From Hyphochytrium catenoides (taxonomy: Eukaryota > Protista > Hyphochytriomycota), in NCBI GenBank assembly GCA_900088475.1, contig FLMG01001274.1, positions 27,296-91,295 of the forward strand: a stretch of DNA of 64,000 nucleotides. The letters run 5' to 3'. The position numbers were made by a program, and so were the translations under genes. Positions 1-14,088 of this stretch are shown piece by piece; within the stretch, counting starts at the first letter, position 1, and each line of letters opens with the position of its first letter. The notes beneath the pieces were generated by a model. The model was not told the origin of the DNA and did no database searches. It was given only the letters and a program-made list of their open reading frames with translations.

Positions 1-1800
1 AGAAGCACGGGCTGTATAGTGAGAGGTGGAGGTCATGGGTTTCAAGTCGCTCTTTAGAGATTTCCTGCCCTTTCCAGTAAAAGAAGAAAGAGCGCGAGGC
101 GGAGAGAGAGACAGGCTACTGCCATTTCCTAGGGGAGAAGAGAAGAGAGTGAGGACCCATATAGTGGCAGAAGTATCTATGGGATACCCTACCATTGCGT
201 GGATCCTCTGGTCTAACATCTAATGCTGGGAGTTGTGTCACCTTTCGTCTATTGCCTGGAAAGGAACAAATAATGAGCCAAATTGGCGTCAGCTCTCAGT
301 CCCGATCGTCTATAAGCATCTCTCCGGTTCCCAAAGGTTTCTCTTTCTTTCTTACAGGCTAGCTGCACGTGACCGCCACACCTCACCAGACCGCGCGCAT
401 TCCATGCGAGTGCAAGGACATAAGATGTACCACATTCCCGGACTTCGTAGGCAATAAGTAATATCAGAGCTGTGGGCCCCAACCTTCAGTCTCTGTGGAC
501 GTGTCCTTATCCCAACTGCCCGCCATCTATCGCTTCGCTTCACCCTCGCCTACTTAGCTACTTTCTTCTTTACTTCTGTGTGACTCTCTCTCTAGCTACG
601 TCTATCTCCGAGCCCGCCTTTCTCGTCCTCTAACCCCCACTGTCTACCTGGTTACTGGTTATCCAACTTACCATAATCGAGGGATATAGGGACGGGTCTA
701 AACTCGCCCTCTGAGGAAGGTTTAAGTTCCTCTTTTTCTGTTTCTAACCGAGGCAAAAGTCTCACTGCTGGTCCGGAAACGACATCCTCCTCGGTATCAC
801 TGTTCGCGTTCCCAGAGCTCTGCTCTCCGTCACTTTGCAGTCTTTCATAAGGAAAGTTCTCATACTCTGGATCTCGGGCCACTCGGAACTCAGGGTCCAC
901 CTGGACGGGCACATCAGTCACAGACCTCCGGAACAATGGATAGAGAAGAGCGCAGGCGTGGCGTACAGAGAAATAGAGGCAGACTTGTTCTCAAATATGA
1001 CGGACACAGGTCTCAAGTATGATGCAGAGCCTCTGGGGTCACAGTCAGAGCGAGGCTATTATCAGAGTATTCTCACCAAGCTAATCCTGCTGGAATCTGT
1101 CTCGTCCGCGTCGTCTATGGAGATAATGTAGTCCATGGCAGCTGCGACCTGCCCGCCCGCAGCATCCGCTACTCTCAGACGCTCTGTGCTCTGTTTGTGC
1201 CACTCAGCGGAACGATAGCCATCAGCTTCCTGTGATGGCAGAAGCGAATGGTAAACGGTTAAAGACTAACGCGCCCAAAGGAAAATTGTCATAAGACGCC
1301 GTGAAGAGCTGGAGAAGATAAGATGAACGGGCCTGAAAGATTAGCTGAGAGGCAAGGTAGCGAGAGTCATAGCATACCCTCTTGTAGCTGTCTTCTGCCT
1401 CAGGACAAGATCTGCAACTTACTAGCTCCCGATGTGTACAGCCGCCGGTCATATCCGTCTCAGCACTCCGCCAGCAATTGAGGCTTGCACAGGCTCGTCC
1501 CTTGCCGTCAAGAACGGCTGAGGCAGGGCAGGAGCTGTTGCCTAGCTATGAGTCTGATGTCACACGCGCATCTTCCTTGCTCTACCGACTCCTGCCGTTC
1601 CACAGCCTTCAAGTGCCAATGCAGTAACACGACTATTTCCACGCAATTGCGCGGGTGCCCTTCAATAAAGATGCTTAAGCGTTGAAGCTTCGCTCACCGT
1701 CGATAGCTACGTTGCCCTGTCCGTCTTGGATAAGGTCTGAGCCTCGTAAGGAATTGGTTGGCCTCCTTCCCAAAATAACTAACGGACGGGTGCTACTTTA
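1..1800 (-). CDS. Hypothetical multi-exon protein; continues past the left window edge, 5' end uncertain
   Basis: Minus-strand open segments join through plausible GT-AG introns: ...GNSSCPASAVLDGKGRACASLNCW...SCRSCPEAEDSYKR | EADGYRSAEW...DYIISIDDADETDSSR | VDPEFRVARDPEYENFPYERLQ...PISLDY. No family recognised. Confidence 0.4.
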
Positions 1801-2526
1801 TGATCACGATGTTACAAGGGAGCACTACTTTGACCGCTCAATGGCGCACTGCTATTTGTTATTAAGCAATGCAAGCAAGCTAAGCTGGAGCTTGTACAGC
1901 TGGTCGTCAGCAGGTCCACGTCGGCCTCAGTCCTGGACAGCGGCTTTAGCCGGCAGACGAGCGAGGTTCTAGGGGCCCTTCTAAAGCTTCATCGGAGCTC
2001 CAAAATGAGGTGCAGACGGTCTCTAAATGACAGTCTCCAAAAAAAAATGGTTTTCGCCGTCATTTACCTTCGAACCATCAGCACTTGTGAGTGACCCCAC
2101 CCCCAACGTAAGTGACTCCTAACAAGCGAGCGTATTGCCCGCATTGCACAGGGGGTGTCCCCTGCTACATAAGTCTGGCAACGAGACGGTGCTCACCGCG
2201 GCTCTTCCTTTATTGCGGTTACCACGATTTGATAACTGATTATGTACGGATCTCAATAAAGCTTCACAGCTTCACAGTCTCTCAATGAAGGAAGAGATCA
2301 TCGCGTTTCTCACTTCCCAAAGCAAGAAGAGGCCGTTATGCCGCTATGTCTCTTGATGCGATCACACTGTTGCCCCTTATAAACCCTTTGTCTAGCAAGG
2401 CTGCCTCTACTTTCTATTAAAGCCCGTTGTCTATCACATTGTGAGCGGTAGATAGATGCCCAGGAGGCAGGAAGGAGTCCAGAGGAGAGAGGAGCATCAG
2501 CTGGGGGCCCTTAAGCCAATTGTCAG

Positions 2527-5500
2527 TCAACCCTTGGCGCTAGAAGAAGTCAAGGCCGCAATAAACGGCGTGGTAGCCAGCTCAATTCCTCGCTGCTCAA
2601 ACTGAAGTAATATTTCTGTAGGGCAGAGACAAGGCTAGAGTCACTGAAGAGTGCCGCAAGAGAGGCCCAGAAAGCACGATAAGGAGCGATGGCACTAGAT
2701 AGCTAGTCTTCAAAGAGATAGGAAACGGGTTCACGAGAGGACCGGTACCCTTACCCATAAGGACTCTATGTCTCGCATACTTCGCTACTTTCCCCTCTGG
2801 GGACAAGACAAAGAACACAGCTTGGAACCTCAGTCCTTCCTTCTCAATCTCAGTTAGGGCACAGCTATCAAACTCCAGCAGTTCTTTCTCTCGACGACAG
2901 GCTGCGGCCACCACCTCCTCCACCTGTTGGAGCTTTGACACCGGGGTACTCTGCCTTATCAATAACTCCACCGTTTGCCGCCTTGACTGTAGGAAGGGAA
3001 AGACAGAAGGCTATAAGTGAGCGGAGAGCACAGCATGAAAACGAGGAACAGTCTACAGGACATGTGCTGGCAAGAGTTACCAAGCTGAGCATAGGTAGTG
3101 CAGATAAAGGATCTATTCTGGGCCGCGCTGTCTAACGTTGGAACAGGAGTCGGCATGAGAAAGACTGACCTTCACTAGGGAATAGTTCTCAATCCGAGAC
3201 GATGTTAGTTCCTTGTTAGGAATGGTCACAACTTGTCCACTTGAAAGAGGACATGTTAAAAGACCATTAGGAAGTGGGATAGAGCAGGTGCGGATGGGGG
3301 AAACAAAGTCTTTAAGCCATCTCAATGGAGAATGGATCCCAAACAAAGCTGACACTGAGCTCTTACAAGTTCGCCAGTCGGATGCGAGTGCTCTTGAAGT
3401 AGATGGCTTCCACGGTCCCAACCTGGCCCCTACGAATAGTAATCCATCAGTATTTAACCCGTTGACCTCCAACGAAAGGGAACAGTCCTTTCTATGAAGC
3501 ATAAAGCAATATCCTGTGAAGGAGACTAAGACACAAGGGCTTACCTGCCAGCGTCAATGACATGCCCGACTTCATAAGGACGACTGAGAAGCAAATCAAA
3601 GGCCGCAAAGCTGTCTCTAAGTAGCTCTTGCGCGCTGAAAGCTAAGAATAAACCTCCAAAGCCAAACCCTGTCCACACAGCCGTGACGTTAACGCCGAAT
3701 CGCCATGCGAGCGTGGTAAGGCCCAGAGTCCAGCACAGAAGCTTCAATAAGGCGTTAAGCCATCGGAAGCCAGTGGTAGTAGAGTCCTTAATTCCCATGA
3801 TGTGGATAATGTCTGAAACGACAGAAGTTAGGTGGCAGGTTGGAGTATGCCGAAGGATTGACAAGCTGTCAGGTAGAAAACCGAGACGATGCAGCGGAAA
3901 GAGTTGCCGAATCGCCATTCTAAGAAGATAGGAATAGGAGAAGAAGTCAGAAGAGGAGGGATAGACACCGAACTGATACAGGGGAGCGGAAGGAAGTGAG
4001 AGAGGACCAAATGCTTGAGTTTGAGGGTAAGGAACAAAACTTGAAAGCACCTTGAATGATGTTCTCCAGCGAAAGAGTCAAAGGAAGAAGCAGTCTCACG
4101 ATGAGGCACACCCAGAAAGCCCTTCGCAAAATTTCCTGCACAACCCATCGATCGTCAGTCTCTTGCTCCCTCAAAGTTCTCATAACAATGCACCACTTTA
4201 AGTCTCGAGCTACTGTCGTTGTCCGAAGGCAATGCCTGTACCTGCTCCCATCCTCGTCCTCGGCTCTCCTCTAGGTCCTTCTTTCTATGTCCCACACTCC
4301 ATGCCAACACTCACAGCCACAGACTGGCGTCCTCTCCATCCGCTTCGATCATTCTCGTTGCCTCTATTAACTAATCTGGGACACATAGTTCTATACCTCT
4401 GATGTCCTCTCTAGTTTTCCTCCACCTCCCAAATGCCAGAGTATACTTTGCACCAAAGCCAGGGCAACAGTACAGCTGTGAATGAAGAAGGAAGATAAAG
4501 GATCGGGAGCCATGCCTTCCAGCTTTGTCCACTGAGCAAAAAAGACGGATTGAGATGACTGACTGCAAACAAAAATTGAGCTTAGTTTTGCGGGATGGGC
4601 GCCTGTGAAAGAAGCAACTTTCCGACGCAGCTAGCAGGACAGAAATGCGGGAGATGCTGTGGATGATAGAGCGAGCAAGGCGCACGCACGTACAGAGAGC
4701 AAGAAACGAGAGCACTTACGATAGAGAACAGAATAATATGCAACTGCCAAGATCACGAGACAACGCGTATGAGCCCTCCCCAGTACGACAAAGTTTTACC
4801 TGCGTTTGAGCTCCAAGCGTGCCTTGTGAGAAGGGAAGAAGACGAGGAGAAACCGCAGCACAGCGTCATCTACCTCCGTGTCTGTCGTCTCACTCAGCCG
4901 AATGAGCCAAAGTAGCAGGTCCCTATCACGTTGCGACAAATTAAGAGGGAGAAAGGAGAGAAAAAGGGAAAAGGGAACAGTAGAAAGAGGGGAAATCCAG
5001 GGGAATACACGGTATACATGGTATGGAAAGCCTCTGCGTGAGAGCGAGAGAAAGCCACAGAGAGAGCCAGAAAACAGAAAAAGAGAGATAAGAAGCAAGG
5101 TGCTCAGAGGGCCCGCAAAGAGAAAGCTTTCTAAATAGATGAGACTGCCAAGGCATCACGAGCAATCGATGCCTCGAGGGAGATGCAAGAGCAAAAGATA
5201 ACCTAGGGAAGCAAATTAATGCTAAAAGACAAACATAAGTGGAGCAGAGGATGGATCACAGCGCTTACCGGGTGCTCTTCACTAGGAAGACAAGAGTGAG
5301 GAAGGTCAAAAGGACCATGAAGCGGGTGCCAACATCAGGCCGCTTATCGGTACATAGAAGAGGAGAGAGGACATCAAGCCCCAAAGGTGCCACCACCCAA
5401 TAGAGAAGCAGGAAGGAGAAGTAAGCAGCCAAGCTGGAGAAGGAGCTGCTGAGTATACTGGCTAACAGCGAAGAAGGACGACTTCCAGAGCAGCTTGCAC

Positions 5501-5642
5501 CCGCTTTCCCCTCCTGCAAGAAGGATAGGTCACTTAGTAACAACGGGGGACAATGGACAACGGTATAGTCAAGAAGACATCTCCTGACAGAGGCAGAAGA
5601 AGAAAGAACATACCTGTCTGGCCTCGGATGCTGGGTGACCAT
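2527..5642 (-). CDS. Small-conductance mechanosensitive channel (MscS family), multi-exon; start approximate
   Basis: Exons encode the MscS TM2-TM3 and beta domain (FGVNVTAVWTGFGFGGLFLAFSAQELLRDSFAAFDLLLSRPYEVGHVIDAG, GQVGTVEAIYFKSTRIR, GQVVTIPNKELTSSRIENYS) and a C-terminal alpha/beta domain ending ...FEQRGIELATTPF...AKG*. Upstream exons add hydrophobic helices. Confidence 0.85.
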
Positions 5643-6334
5643 CCTCAGGGCCCTCTGACACGTTCTTAGCAGCAGATCTCCGAGCCTTGGAAGCCATATT
5701 TGTAGGCACGCGTTCCAGCCTCGTTAGGCTTGCTTATGACTAGCACCTATTGCGTGCCAACTGCTGCAATATTCCTATTGAGAGGTCGTCATAGAGAGCG
5801 AATACCTCAGGCCAATGCACGGGGACTATGGACAAGAAAGAACAAGCCTATTTACAAAGAATGAAACGACATGAGAGATAGAACAAAGAAGGCGCCATCA
5901 ATGTCGGAGTGTAGGATGAAGGAGAGAGAGAGACAGAGACAGAGAGAGAGAGAGACAGAGACACCGCGAGGGCCCTGGAGTGAGGCAGAGATTGAAAGCT
6001 GCTTCAACACTCAGAAGAGCGCAGATTGAAGATTCGCATCATCTGTGGAGTTGCTAATTTTATAACACTCAGGCTTATCCTGGAGGTGCTCTGAAAATAG
6101 CATGAATCTACAGAAGTCTCTTGCTTGAGATCTGAAGATTTGGAGACATCGCGTTAGTCCCAGTATGGCGAAGAAAGAGACAAGAGTTGGGGCGCAGTTT
6201 GGATTGCTAGAGGTCGCTGCCATGATGCAGACTGCGACCCGAGATGGCAGTAAAGTCACCGCAGTTCTCTGAGAGTGCCGGCCTTTTCAAAGCTCTCCTA
6301 TGAAGCTTAAGACTCAGAGCAAGACGTCGTAGGC

Positions 6335-7414
6335 ATGAAGCTTTCTGACGGCTTCCAAGAACTTCTTCGGAGAGTTGCGCTCTGCCGAACAAAGTGGACC
6401 AAGCTTAGGAACGAAGGGCATGTCTACCTCTCAGACGTCATCAACCAGGTCTCAAAGACCAGGTAATGAGCTTACTTGCGGCCGGATTTGATGGGTACTT
6501 TTTAATCCGTTCCCCTGTTCTGTAGCTATCTAAGGGCAAGGGACCCCCAAGGACCTATTGAACCAGCAGGAATCAAAGCCTTGCTGATGAGTGAGAGTTA
6601 TAAGGCTCTTGCCCGACAGAAGGTGAGAATGTCGGAAAAGTGAGCCCATCTTGTGGCTGCCAGGAAGCTGAGTAGTTCCACCTTGTCAATACAGCTAATG
6701 TCCCGCGCAAGAAGCAGTCGACAGAAACTGGATGCCGTCATGCTCGGCTTGGTAAGTCCTTCAGTCCCGCGTGGCATTGCTTCCACTTCTAGTGAAGGTA
6801 TTTTTCCGGTCTCAGCATTCCCCTGTCCTCCTGCCAGAAGCAACATTGTCTCTCTTACATGTCCTTTCCTAAAACCAACTGATATCCTTTCCGTTAGTCA
6901 GAGATCGTTGCAGAGATAATGCGCCTGAGCAATGAGCTTGAGAAGTGGCAGATGGAGAATAGAGAGGCCATTGACGCTGGAGGGCTACATCAGACAATAC
7001 TTCCTGACGTTACACTCTATGAATTCTGTACGATTAACCAGCCGTCAAGCTGCAGCCTCTTCTAACCAGCGTCAAGCTGCAGGTTCTTCTAATTCTTACA
7101 TCCTGCGGAATGGGCTAAGGAGCGGCAGGCCCTTCCATTTCTTCCTTGGCTTGGTGTCGTCATTTAGTTTTTATACCTTTCCCCGTCTCCCATTTCTCTT
7201 CGACCATTCTAAATGTTCTCTTTCTCTTGTAGTGTCTATCATGAGAACCCTAGCTCGGTGCTTCTCACAGGAGCTGGTGGCCAAGCAGCTGATAGTCCGG
7301 GAACTTCAGACAGACAAAGAGTCAGATGCTTTGACCTTCTTCGCCTCCTCGTGGCTAATGGAGCCCTACATAGAAGAATCCGAGAGGCTAGACAAGCTGC
7401 TCAAGAGGTTATGA
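6335..7414 (+). CDS. CINP: CINP-like protein (CDK2-interacting protein, cofactor of the AFG2/SPATA5 complex), 5 exons
   Basis: Spliced product MKLSDGFQELLRRVALCRTKWTKLRNEG...VIN...TLYEFLSIMRTLARCFSQELVAKQLIVRELQTDKESDALTFFASSWLMEPYIEE. It resembles the CINP N-terminal W..L...G motif and C-terminal ELxxK..V..EL.......L..Y.S.WL.QPY. The GT-AG introns are phase-consistent. Confidence 0.65.
7036..7093. repeat. Two-copy ~27-bp tandem repeat in a CINP-like gene intron
   Basis: taaccagccgtcaagctgcagcctcttc followed by taaccagcgtcaagctgcaggttcttc. Confidence 0.8.
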
Positions 7415-7763
7415 TCTCATAACAGTGAAAAGTGATCGCTCCACGAGCACTCCGTCGGGATGGTGTCGATGGCAGATGAGACATAGTTCAATCTGCTGCT
7501 GACGTCACAGAGCGAGAGAGGGCAAACAACTGCCAATAAGAGAGCATGCCACCTATCTGGGCGTAGGTATTGTGACAGTGGGGAGTGCTAAATATGGGTT
7601 GAGAAGCTTCCCGGCAGATGGAGCTGCTCTCTTCTCATAGGTCCAAACGGGAGCCTCTCGATACTGAACCTCTTAACTTATCCGTGCGCAAATGCGGAGG
7701 TCAACAGACAGGAAGAGCAAACGTCTTGACCCACCACGATGCGACATGGAACCATTAACTTAT

Positions 7764-10155
7764 CTATAAATCACGCGTATCACCCTCAAACCTTGCAACT
7801 CCGCTGGAGAACATAGGGTCTGCCCTTACGATGTGCGCCCCTTTGTCCACGGGCTTCGTAATAAAAACGCTACCTCTCAGCCCCTGTTCCAGCGCCACTG
7901 CCTTCAGCGCTTCTGCCACATTCTTCTCTGTCCTTTCCGATCCCCTTTGCGTGAAAATATCACCTGCGCGTCCACTATGGGGCAGGCGAAGAGTGAGGTA
8001 CGCAGCACTGAAAATTAATAGACTGTCAAACACAGACGGGGGCCCGTCCCAAATAAGAATAGATCCCTTTATATCAAGCGCAAGGAAGAGAAAGGTTAGA
8101 GGGGCTCAGCATGACAGCCCTATTCTTACCTAGTGATAGCCAGTACTGTGGGGCCAGCTCCGCTGAGGAAGGCACCATGCGCTCCAACTTTGATAGCAGC
8201 TTCGATCATTGGGAAGAGGTGCTTGAACTGCTCCTTGCCTCTCTGGGGTTGATGCAGCAAATCCTTTGTGGCATGAGCAAGCTCATCCAGATTTCCATTG
8301 TTCAGAGCGTTAACCAGCATCGCTGCCCTCCCAATGTTATACACGGCGTCCTTGCGTGAGATCTATAGCCAGCAAATGAATAGTGGAAGAACTATAAGAG
8401 AGAGAAAGACAAACAACTCTGGTTCTTGTTTCTAATTATTCCTCGGTCTCTCAATTTGTGGGCATGCCGTGGTCGAGTCTCTCTTATGGTGGATCTCCTC
8501 CACTCCGTCTCTCCTTCTCTCACTTTCTCTCTTCCCGGTAAGACCTAGCTTCTTGGGCGCCATGCCCAGTGTCGATCGCTTGGCGGTTCATTCTTTTCGC
8601 ACTTTTCTCGCGTGCTCCCGCACTGATTACCTTCTCAGGCAATATAGCCCTTGCCTCCGAAGTCTTGCCCTGTACCTCAGGGATAAAGAGGACGCACTGC
8701 AGCCCAAAGGGAACAGATACACGAGAGGAATACCACCGCTCACGACCATCCCGACAGTTGGCCAGCACACCCTGTGGGCAATAGTTAGCCGAACACTCTA
8801 CCCGGAAGCTAGAAGACCTTCAAAAGAGGACCAACGTGGAATCAGGAGGGGGACGGACGAAAGCTCGAGAATGCAAAGAACTAGAGGCTCTTATGTAAAG
8901 GTTGCAGGCATCAGGCCATCATGGCACCGGACTAGAAGAATGGAACCATAAGATACGTAGAATGGTTTGCGAAGAACATAAAAAAAGCGAAAGAGAATGA
9001 ACCGACCAGTTGGCATCCGCCATATATTGCTGGAGCCACATTGTCTGGATGTCCCTCTATTCCAGCAGCCTTGAGGTTGTAGAGTAGACATCCACTGAGA
9101 TGACAAGTTATATATTAAGAGGGCCGCGTAGTCTTACCAGCTGCAATAATTCTTCATGGCCCTTCACCGGCAGTTCATGACCAGCCAGGACCAAACCTAA
9201 GTGGTGGGAGAGGAGCAGCACCCTATTAGTAGTGAGACGACGACACCATTGGAAGTGGCGAACGTAGGCACCTGGAGATGAAGGAAAGAATAGAGCTCGA
9301 CAGCGGGAGAGCTGATTGTGATTGGAAGGTAGAGACTGCAGGGCAAAGGAAAACTGACCAGCGATAAGCCCCGCGACAATGGCTGCCGAGCTACTTCCCA
9401 ACCCTCGAGCAAAGGGAATGCGGTTTATGCAGTGGTACCGAAGTGGTGGAACGGCCTGACCAGCAGCCGCGAAGGCAGCCTTGACCCCGACGCAGACCAA
9501 GTTGGAATCATCTCTAGATGACACCGAGCAGGATGTAAGAAGCCGCAGACGTACAGGACCAGGGTTGACAAAAGGCAAGCAAGACTCAAAAATGATCCGG
9601 GAGAGACAGAGAAGATGCGTCCAGCAAGCTCCGTACTTTGGGATGTCCTCCGCACCCTCTCCCTCGCACGTCATGGAGAAGGCATCGCTCCGTTCCACCG
9701 TGACCTCACTCCAGATATCTAGCGCCATTCCTGGCAAACAAGAGCAGCAGCATGAGCGTCGCACAACAATTGATACGCTGTCGAAAGGATTATGGCAGCT
9801 AAGACTTACCGATGCTGTCGAAGCCGGGCCCCATATTTGCTGTTGTGGCCGGCACTTTGACAGTGACGCTCCGCCTGGGTCCAGCCCAAGCTGTGGAAGA
9901 CCATTGAGGGACAGGAGAGACAAAGGAGGTTAGAAGTGACCTACGGTAGAGACAACAAAGTGATCGCGTACATGATCCCCCTTCCATAGATGACTTTCGA
10001 GCCTTGGTGACCTCAAGCTCCATTTTCTTTCGTCGTTCCGCTTCTGCAGCATCGAGTGCGCGCCTCCGCACTGCAATAGCGGCGACTGCCGCCCCAGCTA
10101 GTGCCGAAGCAATTAAAGCTAGGCATAAATGAGGTCCTCCACTCTGCCTTTCCAT
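7764..10155 (-). CDS. thrB: Homoserine kinase (GHMP family), multi-exon, with N-terminal hydrophobic extension
   Basis: Motifs KVPATTANMGPGFDSIG, IPFARGLGSSSAAIVAG, IEGHPDNVAPAIYGG, DLLHQPQR and GAFLSGAGPTVLA are spread across exons with canonical splice sites. Confidence 0.95.
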
Positions 10156-10881
10156 CGTACAGCTTCGTCTACACCTGTCTTAGAAAGACAGGATTGGCGT
10201 CCTGCAGCGTCAATCCGTATGATATCCACACCAGAGCCCGTCAGCGGTAGCTAGCCACAGAGTCAATGATCTCTTCCCGTTGAGCTTCGGATCTCTTCTT
10301 GATCTTCAATTTATTTGACGAAGCTTTCTCTTTCATCATTGTGTTACCACTATGGGAGCCGCTAACGTCCGTAACCTCAAGAGTCATCAGAAAGAGTGTC
10401 TGTCATTCTGAAGCTCCGTCCTCCGATGATTGCAAGGTCGAAGACTCATCATCGAGAGATAAAAGCGAGTGGAAGCGCAATGATTCCTTGATCATGGGGC
10501 GTGAAGAGATTCTTATGACCGACCTTTACAAGGTAATGCTCCCCAAGTTGCGCGTGGCAGCTGGTGAGAGCTCTTAGCCTCGACAATAACTCTGCAGAGA
10601 CCCACTACTGCTAGGGCTGTCAATGTGCTCTGTAAACCGTTGTAATGAGCTTGAGATCTGACAGTTGCTCTTGAGCAAGGACACCAGTTAGCAGCATTCC
10701 GTTTGGCACAAAAGCAGCAAGCGATTAGACTCAAGGCGCATGGGATTGCCAAGTGACTCAGTTATGGCCTCAGCAGAAAGTACACAGTGGCTAGAGAGCG
10801 TCGGTCGCATTTAACTTAGGTATAAGGTGTAGCGGTTTTGAAGTGGAGATCAAGCTCTTGACGACTAAGAATCCGGTTCGT

Positions 10882-13752
10882 CTATTTCAGAGCCAGGGCG
10901 ACGTTTTCATAAGAAGGAAGCTTGTCTAGCGCGCCGTAGGAGACGAGAGTAGGTTTCGAAGAGAGGGCTCGCTGTGCGATTCTAAGAATATCCCCTGCAG
11001 TCACGTTATCTATCTGCTCACAAATGACAGCCGGGTCTATCCGACGGCCATAGATCAGAATCTGGGCGTAGACCAGAGAACGGAGAAGAGGATGGGAGGG
11101 GAAATGAAAAGGGCAAAAGCATCAGTGCCACCCTAAAGAGCCCAGACGTAGACTCAACAAGCTGATTTCCTTGAAACTCCATGCCGTACCTGTCTGCCGA
11201 TATCCTCGTGCAGAATCAGTCTCTGCTCCAGATTCATCAGCACTGAAGACTTAAGCTGGTTTCGAGCTCTTGCAAGCTCATCGGGTTCCACCTGAAATTC
11301 TGCGAAAGCAAGCGGCAGGAAAATATCGGAGGGGCCAACCTTGAGAAGCGAGACAAGAAGTACAGATGGGCAAACTCTGAAAAGAGGCGACTTGAAGGAC
11401 TGAGGCTGCTGAAGGGAAGATAACTGTACGGCAACATAAAGATTAACCCGAGCCGTTGTTGACACAGAAAGGGCATATGGACAGAGTACATCGTCTGGGA
11501 GCGCGAAGGTCTCAAGCGATTTGGCGACCATGGGGCCCCGTGTACTCTAGAGGTCGGTCGCCTTGCACGCACCTGCTATCCGTCTCATTTGGTTGCACAT
11601 AACGGCCACCAAATTCCCTACGAAGGATGGTACGCAGGCGCCATAGATGCCGATGAGGCCCACATCAGTGTTAATCGTGGTGAACGCTGAGGCCGACTCA
11701 GCCCAGTAGTAGCGATTCAGGACCTCCTAAAAGAAATGACAGAGAAAATAAGAAGGCGACAAAGTGAAGTTAACATGCAAGCTCTTGTCGAAATAACTTG
11801 GGTTGGGGCTGAGCCTTACCCGATACAAGCGAGTATACATTCCCTTGCCCGGGCCACCAGCAGAAAATGAATCTCCTCCTCCCAACAGGGTGTGGAGTAC
11901 GCACGCAGGCACAAGGTCTGCAGTCATTCAGCGCAACAAAAAGTGAGTTAGTTACCTCATCATGATCAACGCAGCGAAGTAGGAAAAGGAAGGGGGCGGG
12001 GGGAGGTAGAGAGACAGATCGGGTTTGAGGACCATCATCATGCCATCCAGCAGTCTCAAAAGCCAGAGCCACGTAGGATAGATCGGCATCCGAGGAAAAC
12101 CGCAGATCTCCTCCGATATATTTCGAAGAAGCAGATTGCAGTGGCATTTCCCGCGTTGCAGCTGGAAGGTGCCCAAACTTCTCCTCTGCCATCGCTACAA
12201 ACTCCTTATGGTCCACACCTGGCAGTATTAGGATCCGAAGCATAAGCGGTAGACAATCGAGATGTAGACGCATGGTCACTTTGGGAAAAACTGTCGTCCC
12301 TGCTCTTCCGTTACGCCTACATGCCTTCATTCTCCTTTCAGCCACCCAGTGTTATTCTCAATATTCTTCTTTCTCTGCATATTCCTTCTGCCTCTCTACT
12401 TGACAATTAGCTCGTCTTGTGCATTCACTAGTAGCTTCCATTGTTCTATCTAGTGCCTTACCCGCGGCAGCTACGACCATACGGTCTGGAGTGTACAGCC
12501 TATTCATGAAGTCCCGCGCAGTCTGAGCGTTGAGCTTAGGCAACTGCTCAGCCGGGCATATGAGGGGCCGCCCTAGCGGGGATTCTGCACCAAAAGCGGC
12601 CTCATGCAGCTTCTGCTCCGTTTAAGTTGAATAGGATAAGGTGAGGCACTGGGTCAGATAGAGCTATGCAAGGACGACCAGAAGCCGAAAAGATGCGGGG
12701 TGCAACGGAGAGGGAGGTGTCCAGAAGGGCATGCAGAAGTCAAAGAGGGATCACACCTCTGTAATCAGTGACTGGTAATTGGTCTTCATTTCGTCCAGCT
12801 CTATCTCTATGATAGCTTTAGTTTGGTCAATTTCTTCCTCTAGAAGCGCTGGAGTTGTCACAGACTCAGATAGTAAGCCCATCGCCTTTCCCACATTATG
12901 CCGCAGCACATCGGCTGTGTATATCATACTCTCTCTTGAAGCGGAGGCATGGACTGCGCCACCAATATCCTCAATATCCCTAAAACGACTCAGTCAATTG
13001 AAAGACGTCACTAGCTAGGAGACAAGCTGGACATGAAACAGACCGAAAGAGCTCCTTATGTGAGCGCTTGAGACTGCTCTTGAAGGCCAAATGCTCTAGC
13101 ATGTGACTTACGCCAGAGTTTGATCCTAAACAGGGTAGAAAAAATCGTTACGTGATGTCTAACGAAGGCAAAGGGCAAGTGGACAAAGGGAAATAGTGCC
13201 CACCATCTTCATATCTACTTCCAGCATCAACAAAGACGCCCAAGGTAGTCGATTGGCCGTATGTCTCTTGCGATGCAACTCGTAGTCCATTGGAAAGAGT
13301 TGTAATCTCAGTCCGAGGTGCAGTCAGCTGATTTGCTGGCTTTAAGACGGGCAGCCTTTATGCAGATCGAAGGGTTTTGCATCGGGTGCATCAAGGCACA
13401 GTAGTAAGATTATTAGCATTAGGGTTGGCCGCCGCAGTATCGATGAGACAGAGAAGAGCTTACCCTGGCAGAGGAGTATCGACCGGAAGTTGCCTCTTGA
13501 TAGGAAGCTAAAAATTGAGAACACCATGTCTTAGCCTATTGCAAAAAGCTATCAAAGGACGCTTTTCTTCAAAAGATAAGGCTTACCGACTCCAGACGCA
13601 GCACTTCACCCTCCTCATTTGATGCCGAAGAGAACTTCGAGAGATGGACGTCTTAGTGCCAGCATCAACGTATGCGTATGAAATGTAGGAGGACTTACCC
13701 GTCTAAGGCCAGCGCTCAGGCGAGAAATGCGTGGTCTCGCCATTGACCTCAT
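10882..13752 (-). CDS. PMPCA: Mitochondrial processing peptidase alpha subunit (M16B), multi-exon
   Basis: Arg/Ser-rich presequence [18 protein letters not shown]; [20 protein letters not shown]; [10 protein letters not shown]; glycine-rich loop [22 protein letters not shown]; [18 protein letters not shown]; C-terminus ...YENVALALK*. Confidence 0.95.
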
Positions 13753-14088
13753 TGTGGGAGTCAGCTGATGGAGCAGGAACCTACCCTGCTGATGTCAAGT
13801 GTATGTAGATACAGAAAAACAAGGAGCGATGCTTCCCAGGTAAAGTAATAACTATCGGGGCTCTCGCATGCGTTGAAACGGATACCCAGTCAGTGACAAG
13901 GGCGCCCGGGTGTGTTGCTTTGTACGGAGTAGTTGCTAGGAAAGATGAAGGTGGCAGACTAGGACGCACAAGATACCCCGGCCCAAGGGACAGACTATCT
14001 CACTTTCCCCAGAGCTCCAGGAAGGCCTTAGAACGGTCAGTGATCAATAAATGGCCGAAGAAGCTGATCATACCACGCTCCAACGCCG

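Noticed and set aside
1-2100. Retrotransposon gag/pol at the left edge
   Set aside because: No RT, integrase, protease or zinc-knuckle motifs; the exon-intron structure fits an ordinary hypothetical gene.
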